Assembly: GCA_964415025.1 (NCBI GenBank)
Contig: CAYPXF010000006.1
Location: 58 to 64,057, forward strand
DNA: 64,000 nucleotides
Direction of reading: 5' to 3'
Source: an uncultured Gammaproteobacteria bacterium
GTDB lineage: Bacteria; Patescibacteriota; Patescibacteriia; UBA10025; JAHIVO01
A model generated the notes under the pieces. The model worked only from the letters and a program-made list of their open reading frames with translations. It was not told where the DNA came from and ran no database searches. The translations under genes and the position numbers were made by a program. Shown piece by piece: positions 57,019 through 64,000 of this stretch. The stretch's first letter is position 1, and every line of letters starts with the position of its first letter.

Positions 57019-59319
57019 CTACTGTTGTGCCTCAACCGGGACGACCATGTCTATTTCACACGCGCCCCCGGCACAGGCCAGCTCTTTCTTTTGTTCTGTT
57101 TCGTCGGTATGCTCATACGTCACTAGCTTAGCATAATCAATCAAGGGAAATTTCGACATCATTTCATCATACGTTTTCTTATCTACTGCTTCGTACGGGG
57201 CTAAACGGTACACGTGGTCTGTCCGCGGTAAAAACGACAGTCCGCCGATAATGCTCCAGTTTTTCTGCAGCCAATCCACGACACTTATCCACTCATCCTC
57301 GCCAACCGAAATAGTCGCTGACGGATTATGTTCAGTATAATTCAGCTTTACTGTCTTCCAGTATTCCAGCTGTTCCAGCGCTGACAGGTCGTCTTTGTAA
57401 ACAGAACTGTCCGGCGCGGCTACCGGAAATTCCAGCACATAGGTGCTGGCGGTTTCCCGGGATTGCCCGACTTCGGGATAATAGGGCGCGCCCTGGTCTC
57501 GCAGCATCTTAAATAAAGAGTCGGTGGCGGAAATACGCACCCGCCTGATATAATACTTGGCATGGCGGGGATGAATCCCTGAAGAGCAATTAAATGTCTG
57601 CGAAACAGTCCCCGAAGGTTTGACGGCTGTGACTGACGTTGCCGGATTTACGCCAAAACGTTTGGCATACTCGACGTTCGACTGCACCGCGGTATCGCGC
57701 ATAGCGCGGAGCACGACCGGTTTTCTCGCCTCCGCTGAATCCCACTGGCCGGTAACCGAAACGCCGAGCAGACGTTCTGCCTCACAATTCTTTTCCCAAT
57801 CTTTGGATATATAATTAAAAGAAGTAAGCGTCGACTGATAAGTGCCGAGCAATGCGGCCAGTCGAGCCTTACGCACGAGGCTGTGCCGGGTATCCTGCGG
57901 ACGCGCGATGATTTCCGAAAGATTGCAGAACTGTTTTGACTGCAGAATGATCTCACCGCACGGATTAGTACCGATAGAACCTCGTACCGCGCCATCATTA
58001 TCGAGATAGCCTTTTTTTTGGAAATACTTGGCACGCCGTTCTGTCAACGTATGGCCAAGCGATCCACGGTTAAATATGCCGCGTTCTCCGGATCCGCTTT
58101 TCATCAGGGCGACCCACTCCTCAAGCAGCTCGGTATTGGACGGCTTTGTTTCGTACACGGCTGAATTATTGGCAACCGAGCGATGCGGTTCAGTCAGGAA
58201 AAATTGTCCTTTTTTAGCGTCACGCAGCTCCACATCATCCAAGTCTGACAAACTAATCATGGCCGTACGCCGTACGCCGCCGGAAACAACACACTCCCCG
58301 ATCTTGCAGATAATATCATGCACATCGATTGACCGGAGACGGCGCCCCTGACGGGCCATTATTTTTTCCCGGGCAAATTCCAGCAGCGACTGCAGCGGTT
58401 CGGACCCGGATGCTTTCCCGCCCATAGTCTTTAAACGTGCTCCGGCCGGACGAATTTTTGAATAATTAAATTCTATATCCTTCCCGGCGTACCATGTTTT
58501 CAGGCCGAGCGTCAGCGCGTCGCACCATCCTTCTTTGGAATCTGCTACCGTATGCGTGGACAATTTTTTCTTCTGCTGTATCTGTATCTGGGGCATTTGC
58601 TCAATATTTTGGCTCTCTACTGAATAGCCGACGCCGCATCCCTGCATGGACAGATACATGATTTCCGCAAAGTCCTCGAGTGATGCCGGAGCGATAAACG
58701 AGCAGTTATACGCACATGTATTACAGCGGCGAGCCGGCTCTCCCGCGAACTGCATGAGACGCATAGATGGCATGACTTCCTGTTTCAATATCGCCTCACG
58801 TACTTCATCGTATTCCGTATCGGTCAGTTTGGAACCCAGGTTTTCCCGCATGAACGATATATACCTATCCACTGTTTCAATCCACGTCTCGCGCCGTTGT
58901 TCTGCTTCGATCCAGCGGGCATAGGTGCGTAAATAAATAAATTCGCCGAGCGGGTTACCTTTAAAATATTTTTTGCTCTGCGCGGCGAGTGAGCGCACTT
59001 GTTCAGGAATCATGCCTTGTCTTTCGCGCTTCTGGTGCTGCTGCTCACGGTACAGGATATAAGCTCGGGCCACTTCGAAAAAGCCCTGTTCGGCAATCTT
59101 CTGCTCGACAATATCCTGGATGTTTTCTACGGTGGGAATGCTCGCCCTACCAAAACGCTCCTCTAGTACAGCGATAACGTCATCAGTCACTTGGCTGTAG
59201 AAACTATCAGCCACCGTAGTCTGGGCGGCAGTACAGGCCTTTTGGATAGCTCGCTCGATTCTGGTGCGGTCAAACATAACGACCGCGCCGCTACGTTTTT
59301 TGATCTTTTTTATTATCAT
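57019..59319 (-). CDS. nrdJ: Adenosylcobalamin-dependent (class II) ribonucleotide reductase with ATP cone
   Basis: ATP cone (IKKRSG...), YNCSF, GGVRRTA, TNPCGEI, VKPSGTVS, EHNPS, C-terminal CAGGAC. Confidence 0.93.
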   Translation of the reverse strand: MIIKKIKKRSGAVVMFDRTRIERAIQKACTAAQTTVADSFYSQVTDDVIAVLEERFGRASIPTVENIQDIVEQKIAEQGFFEVARAYILYREQQHQKRERQGMIPEQVRSLAAQSKKYFKGNPLGEFIYLRTYARWIEAEQRRETWIETVDRYISFMRENLGSKLTDTEYDEVREAILKQEVMPSMRLMQFAGEPARRCNTCAYNCSFIAPASLEDFAEIMYLSMQGCGVGYSVESQNIEQMPQIQIQQKKKLSTHTVADSKEGWCDALTLGLKTWYAGKDIEFNYSKIRPAGARLKTMGGKASGSEPLQSLLEFAREKIMARQGRRLRSIDVHDIICKIGECVVSGGVRRTAMISLSDLDDVELRDAKKGQFFLTEPHRSVANNSAVYETKPSNTELLEEWVALMKSGSGERGIFNRGSLGHTLTERRAKYFQKKGYLDNDGAVRGSIGTNPCGEIILQSKQFCNLSEIIARPQDTRHSLVRKARLAALLGTYQSTLTSFNYISKDWEKNCEAERLLGVSVTGQWDSAEARKPVVLRAMRDTAVQSNVEYAKRFGVNPATSVTAVKPSGTVSQTFNCSSGIHPRHAKYYIRRVRISATDSLFKMLRDQGAPYYPEVGQSRETASTYVLEFPVAAPDSSVYKDDLSALEQLEYWKTVKLNYTEHNPSATISVGEDEWISVVDWLQKNWSIIGGLSFLPRTDHVYRLAPYEAVDKKTYDEMMSKFPLIDYAKLVTYEHTDETEQKKELACAGGACEIDMVVPVEAQQ

Positions 59320-59558
59320 ATGATTTTTAATATTATTTTATATTAGTGCGGCGACAAAAAAAGCGTTTCCGCCAGTATGCGGTACGATATACTAAAAACC
59401 CGCCAGCAAAAATTCACGTTATGAGACGCGGGTGCTGAAGAGTTTTACTATATTGATCTGCCGTATATCGCATACGAAATTAATTGTTTTTGTCTTCGTA
59501 TTGTATTTGGTTTAAATAAGGGAAGCAAGAGGCATGTTACGTACTTATCCTCGAATAA

Positions 59559-59613
59559 TTACAATATATTGTATGCCTATGTACAATTATAGCACAACAT
59601 GTAGAAAAGTCAA
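59559..59613 (-). promoter_or_regulatory. nrdJ promoter with tandem NrdR boxes
   Basis: TTGACT-16 nt-TATAAT with TG extension; ACAATATATTGT (59561) and ACAACATGTAGA (59594) resemble NrdR boxes. Confidence 0.65.
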
Positions 59614-59666
59614 CACGGGGTATTTTACGGAAAATACTCGTTTCTGTGGAAAAATGCTTTGCCCGG

Positions 59667-60623
59667 CTAATTATTCCGGGCCGGATAAAATTCCTCGCCA
59701 CTTAGCCCCAAATGCCGACGAATCTTCTCGGCATGCATGGCAATATTCTCTCCCATAAATGAAATGCGCGTTTTACCCTGGTACTGCTGCAGCGGCAGCC
59801 AGCTCCAGCGGCCGAAAACATAGTTGAGCAGCAATATTCCCTGATCAGTTCTGACCATGCCTTTTATCCGGTAAAAATCCCGCCGCGGCAAACCGGATAA
59901 CAGCGCTTCAAACGCTTGTTTGGCTAATGTCTGACCGGTTTTCAGTGTAAATATTTCCACCTCATGGTGATGGTGGCCAGTGTCCTTCCCCTGTTCTGCC
60001 AGCGTAATCTGCTCCTGGGCGGTAAACAGCTTGGTATCCAGGCCAAAAATCAGATCTGGGTTAACACTCCCCTTGTTTGTCCTGACTTTTGGCGTGTTAG
60101 GATTTAATTCATACACGTCGTCTAGCGCATCCTCCATGCGACGTTCATCCGTCACCAGCTCATGTTTGTTGATCAAGATAAGGTCAGTATACTGCGCCTG
60201 AAGCTCGGCTGTATAGCTCTTGTCCTTATACCCGTCGAAATTCAGCGCGTCAATCACCGTAACTATGCCGTCGAGCTTGAAGTGATCTGACAATTTTCTG
60301 ATTTCTATGGCAATCGGCGCGGGATACGCAGATCCAGATGTTTCGATGATTATCCGGTCTGGATTGTATTCAGTCCTGATTTGCTCGAGCGCATCCCCCA
60401 TCTTGCCGATCAGCACGCAGCACAGGCACCCGTTAATCATTTCCTTGGCCTGAATATTATTTTCTTTGGCCACCTGCGAATCTACCTCCACGTCGCCAAA
60501 TTCATTTTTCAGCCAGACCATGTTGTATTCCCGGGGCAATTGTTTAATCACGTTTAAAATAATAGTGGTCTTGCCACTGCCGAGATAACCGGTAAATACG
60601 GTGATGGGTATTCTTTTGTTCAT
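59667..60623 (-). CDS. COG0523/CobW-family metallochaperone GTPase
   Basis: GYLGSGKTT, NEFG, GCLCC, ETSG, NKHE, HHHHE, RIKG. Confidence 0.92.
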   Translation of the reverse strand: MNKRIPITVFTGYLGSGKTTIILNVIKQLPREYNMVWLKNEFGDVEVDSQVAKENNIQAKEMINGCLCCVLIGKMGDALEQIRTEYNPDRIIIETSGSAYPAPIAIEIRKLSDHFKLDGIVTVIDALNFDGYKDKSYTAELQAQYTDLILINKHELVTDERRMEDALDDVYELNPNTPKVRTNKGSVNPDLIFGLDTKLFTAQEQITLAEQGKDTGHHHHEVEIFTLKTGQTLAKQAFEALLSGLPRRDFYRIKGMVRTDQGILLLNYVFGRWSWLPLQQYQGKTRISFMGENIAMHAEKIRRHLGLSGEEFYPARNN

Positions 60624-60794
60624 AAATAGTAAATAACAATTTTACAATTTATCAAACTCCAATAACCAATATTCTAAAAAGTTTGTAATCTTCCCCATTT
60701 TAGCAGGTGGGATCCGGGGAGCTTCTAGAAGGTGGGATTTGCTACTAGAAAAGTGAGATACTAACAATATATTTATTTGGTATTTCCTTTTAAT

Positions 60795-60844
60795 CCCGCC
60801 TGCTTTGCCAGTTCGGCGGGCCACGTACTACGTGGCGGGCAGGC
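60795..60844 (+). repeat. REP-like palindromic element with the same ends as the tRNA-carrying inserts
   Basis: CCCGCCTGC...GGCGGGCAGGC. Confidence 0.65.
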
Positions 60845-60904
60845 AGAAAGCGCTAAAGCATGTCCCGTGTGAAGTCAAAGGATTCTGAATAACAGCCGAG
60901 TATA

Positions 60905-61492
60905 TCACGCAAACTGTTTCAGCACATGAAAATCCTTCAGCAATACTTCTTTCATGCGTGCATTATACGTGACTGTGGCCGGATGGTACAGAGGAATAAT
61001 AGCAAATGCGCCGAGCTGCCTGTCCTCTGCCCTGAATATCTGCCCATGCATCTGGCTGATACCCCGTATCTGATCAGTCAGACCGAATTGTTCCATAATA
61101 AATTTTGCGGAAAACCGTCCAAGGCAGGCTATCGCCTTTGGCTTAATTATCTCCATCTGTCGCAATAAATACGGCGTACACGCTGCTATTTCCTCTGGTT
61201 TTGGGTCGCGGTTGCCGGGCGGCCGTGACTTCAAAATATTCGTGATATAAACATCCTGGCGCTGCAGACCGATCGATGTAATCAGCTCGTCCAATATCTT
61301 GCCAGCCGCACCGCAAAACGGCCGGCCGGCCTTGTCCTCGCTAGCCCCGGGCGCTTCACCAACAAATACAATAGCCGCGTCGTGGCTGCCTTCGCCGACT
61401 ACCGGCAGTATCCGGGATTTGTGCAGCGGGCATTTGGTACAGCGCACCACCTCGTCGCGGATCTGCTTCATAGCCGGCTGGTGCTCTGCCAT
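60905..61492 (-). CDS. Uracil-DNA glycosylase family 4
   Basis: CTKCPL, VGEAPGASED, GRPFCGAAG, RPPGNRDP, YHPA. Confidence 0.93.
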   Translation of the reverse strand: MAEHQPAMKQIRDEVVRCTKCPLHKSRILPVVGEGSHDAAIVFVGEAPGASEDKAGRPFCGAAGKILDELITSIGLQRQDVYITNILKSRPPGNRDPKPEEIAACTPYLLRQMEIIKPKAIACLGRFSAKFIMEQFGLTDQIRGISQMHGQIFRAEDRQLGAFAIIPLYHPATVTYNARMKEVLLKDFHVLKQFA

Positions 61493-61493
61493 G

Positions 61494-61898
61494 CTATCGC
61501 CCGATAACACCGATCTGATACTGACTGGCAATGTCCCGCGCACGCAGCGAATGCGGACTGTTATCAGTCGGCCGGCTTTCGAACAGCCCGGTCGCGTCGA
61601 TGCCGCAGCCGCGGATTATGACTGAACCACCCGGGTGCCGTGAAATAAACTCGGTTACGTCATACACCTTGCCCTGGATCACCATCCAGCAATCAGTGGC
61701 TGAATCGTGTTCCGCTACCTGGGCTATGGTATAAATCGCGGTATTATTATTGACGTTTGTGTCCGGGGCCGGCGTATTTGTGTTCGCAGTGGCTGTATTG
61801 GCAATATCTGAATCATTATCACTGGCAACAAAAAACACCACAGCGCTTAACCCCAGGACAGCTACCACGATAATAACCGTAAATACTGTTTTATTCAT
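61494..61898 (-). CDS. Membrane-anchored cytochrome b5-like heme/steroid-binding protein
   Basis: VAEHDSATDCW...VYDVTEFISRHPGG...GIDATGLF...HS. Confidence 0.9.
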   Translation of the reverse strand: MNKTVFTVIIVVAVLGLSAVVFFVASDNDSDIANTATANTNTPAPDTNVNNNTAIYTIAQVAEHDSATDCWMVIQGKVYDVTEFISRHPGGSVIIRGCGIDATGLFESRPTDNSPHSLRARDIASQYQIGVIGR

Positions 61899-61910
61899 TG
61901 CAATAATGTA

Positions 61911-62408
61911 TTAATTCGAAGCAGTAGTGATTCCCACCAGTGTCATATTATCGTCATCATCCCGGCTGATACTGACTGTGGCAGTGCGCTCATCTTTCTC
62001 GGCAATAATAGTGGCGCCAGAGCCAATAGTCATGGTGCCGGTAATCTCCCAGCCGTCATCAGTCAGCTCATCAGTATACGCATCCTGCGCGTCGGCCACT
62101 GATGTATCGGTCTGGATTGATACTGAAAAACCGTTACTTTCTACAACCTCCATAGCAGAGATGATTGTCCCGTCGATCACATACACATCGTCGGGAAAAT
62201 TATCAGGCAGCGCCACCTCTTCCCCGGCTGTGAACGAACCGGCATTGGTATTAACCGTGACGGTTTCGTCATCAAAATCAACTTCTGCCTCATTATTAGT
62301 TGATGATTCGATGGCTGATTCAGCGGCTTTTTCTGCTGCCTGCTCGGTACAGCCGCTCAAAACTGCCACCAGACCAACCAGGGCAATAATAACCAACGTT
62401 TTTTTCAT
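61911..62408 (-). CDS. Acidic lipoprotein, unknown function
   Basis: Lipobox LSGC; LPDNFPDDV; DGWEI. Confidence 0.8.
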   Translation of the reverse strand: MKKTLVIIALVGLVAVLSGCTEQAAEKAAESAIESSTNNEAEVDFDDETVTVNTNAGSFTAGEEVALPDNFPDDVYVIDGTIISAMEVVESNGFSVSIQTDTSVADAQDAYTDELTDDGWEITGTMTIGSGATIIAEKDERTATVSISRDDDDNMTLVGITTASN

Positions 62409-62565
62409 AGTAAAATAATTAATGGTTACTATCCATAGTATACCGTATTACCTCATCAATCACAATCCACAGCAGCCTTGACCAGGTGCGGCAATTATCA
62501 TACTATGAAATGACACAAATATAAAATAATACTGTCCTTTTAATATATAACCAAAGGAGTTAATC

Positions 62566-63720
62566 ATGCATACTCCCCCTGTTTTTGGCATGCGAATAGG
62601 CGCTATTGCCTCCTACGCACCAAAAACCCGAATCACCAACAGGGATATCGCCCTTCGACTTGAGCAAGAAAAAAATGCAGACAATGCGGCACGCCGAACT
62701 GCCGGCCTGCCAGCGATCTCTGATGAGAAAGCAAAAACATATAAGACAAGTGATGCTTGGATCAGACGCTACATTGGATTCACAGAACGACGATTTGCTG
62801 GCGAAGCAGAGGGAACGATTGATCTAGGTGCAAAAGCGACCCGGCGCTTATTACTAGATGCTGATCTTGATCCCTGTTCTATTGATGCGATTATCTTCGC
62901 CACGGTCACGCCATCATACCGCAGCAGCAATCCTGACGCGACTGAATTGCAGTATGCTATCGGGCTGTCAGCATATCACCAATCTGGACAGCCGAGAAAT
63001 CTCTACTGTGTCGACGCGGCCCTGGCATGTAGTTCTTGGACAGCTGCGCTCCAAATAGCCTACGCGCGCATCCGGAGCGGCCTGTCCGAAAACGTACTAC
63101 TCATCGGAGCAGATAAAATGAGTACCATGATCAACTGGCGTGACAGGGTTTTTGCCTGCGTGCTGGGCGATGCGGGTACTGCCGCTTGGTGCACCGCCGT
63201 ACCGACAGAGGAAGATTGGTTCGGCGTGAAGCATTTTTGGGCCTGGTCGCACGGTCAATTCGCCCATACTATCCGCTCGCCACGCGGTGGCTCAAAACAG
63301 CCGCTCACTTCCGCGGCAGAGCTCCTAGCATACATGCATTGCCTGGCAATGGATGGCACGTTTATAAAAGAAACTTTTGTTCCCTTTATGAGCGAGAGGG
63401 GTATCAATGCTGCTCTGGAGCGTGTCGGGTGGCAGTTATCTGATATTGATCTGGCTGTGATGCACGAAGCGAACCGTTCCCAGCTCAATGCCAAAATTAT
63501 TGAACATTGGCAGAAACAAGGGTTTGCCGGTCAGGTATTGGATGCCGGGGGTATGTTTGGCAACACGACTACAGCCTCAATCCCCCTAGCTATGACGCTA
63601 CATCCTGCAGAACTTAAAACCGGCCGGAAATTTGTCTGCGCCGGATTTGGCGGCGGATTGAGCGCTAATATCACGTGTGGCGAAATTAAGCACCCATTAC
63701 CCGTTTATGCTGACGTGTAA
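62566..63720 (+). CDS. fabH: Beta-ketoacyl-ACP synthase III (FabH)-like condensing enzyme
   Basis: WIRRYIGFTERR, ALACSS, LGDAG, MDG, HEAN, GNTTTASIP, GFGGGL. Confidence 0.85.
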   Translation: MHTPPVFGMRIGAIASYAPKTRITNRDIALRLEQEKNADNAARRTAGLPAISDEKAKTYKTSDAWIRRYIGFTERRFAGEAEGTIDLGAKATRRLLLDADLDPCSIDAIIFATVTPSYRSSNPDATELQYAIGLSAYHQSGQPRNLYCVDAALACSSWTAALQIAYARIRSGLSENVLLIGADKMSTMINWRDRVFACVLGDAGTAAWCTAVPTEEDWFGVKHFWAWSHGQFAHTIRSPRGGSKQPLTSAAELLAYMHCLAMDGTFIKETFVPFMSERGINAALERVGWQLSDIDLAVMHEANRSQLNAKIIEHWQKQGFAGQVLDAGGMFGNTTTASIPLAMTLHPAELKTGRKFVCAGFGGGLSANITCGEIKHPLPVYADV

Positions 63721-63725
63721 TCATG

Positions 63726-63759
63726 TCCCTGCTGTTATTAAACACAGCAGGGATTTTTT
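63726..63759 (+). terminator. Rho-independent terminator
   Basis: TCCCTGCTGT...ACAGCAGGGA followed by a T-tract. Confidence 0.75.
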
Positions 63760-63778
63760 ATCAAAAAAAAGGGACGGG

Positions 63779-63985
63779 CTAATTTGCCGTCCCATATGGC
63801 TGTCGCTGTTCCCAGCGGCGTGCAAAATCTTTGGCACCGCCGTGATCAATATAGTGCTGTGCAGCTTCACTTTTTGTCGGCCGCCGACCCAGGGTCAGCC
63901 CAGCAAAATACATATTAATCGGTCCCAGTATTTCCATCCGCTGTAAAAACATATATAGCGACATTTCCTTTTTATCTCGGCACAT
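63779..63985 (-). CDS. Small hypothetical protein
   Basis: GGAGGTGG SD before ATG; converges on the terminator. Confidence 0.55.
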   Translation of the reverse strand: MCRDKKEMSLYMFLQRMEILGPINMYFAGLTLGRRPTKSEAAQHYIDHGGAKDFARRWEQRQPYGTAN

Positions 63986-64000
63986 GGCACCACCTCCAGA

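Noticed and set aside
59320-59580. Canonical cobalamin riboswitch upstream of nrdJ
   Set aside because: The GGGAA, AATCC and GCCACTG B12-box motifs were not found
59667-60623. CobW as evidence for de novo cobalamin biosynthesis
   Set aside because: COG0523 proteins are general metallochaperones and no corrin-ring genes are present in the window

Overview
Bacterial chromosome fragment, about 47-50% GC by eye, genetic code 11. The gene set and style (giant surface protein, PilT/PilM, DprA, AMP phosphorylase, short GC-rich palindromic repeats) suggest Patescibacteria/CPR (Parcubacteria-like); this is inference only. Content in order: a 4118-aa membrane-anchored surface protein with a cytoplasmic MerR/Xis-like HTH; a housekeeping block (GT2, LCP, der, pth, pilT-like, pilM, mfd, dprA, topA, fused spermidine synthase, O-antigen-ligase/TPR, parAB); a tRNA locus; a Fur/PerR-sufCBDSU-sod-ferritin-ferredoxin-dsbA-dsbA-lgt run; a deleted IS481; an ABC-2 exporter, AMP phosphorylase and CorA; a Zur-znuACB unit; an nrdJ-pduO-B12-uptake operon; a COG0523 GTPase, UDG, cytochrome b5 and a FabH-like enzyme. 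The most unusual observation is at 32.76-33.61 kb. Two intact tRNAs (Met-CAT, Leu-CAA) each sit inside the same short palindromic element (ends CCGCCTGCCAG / GGCGGGCAGG), and each element is inserted into a decayed tRNA gene of apparently the same isotype (tRNA within tRNA). The second is the giant protein, which combines a DNA-binding head with three tandem phage tail-collar/HxH-like repeats. All calls come from reading the sequence; no searches were run.
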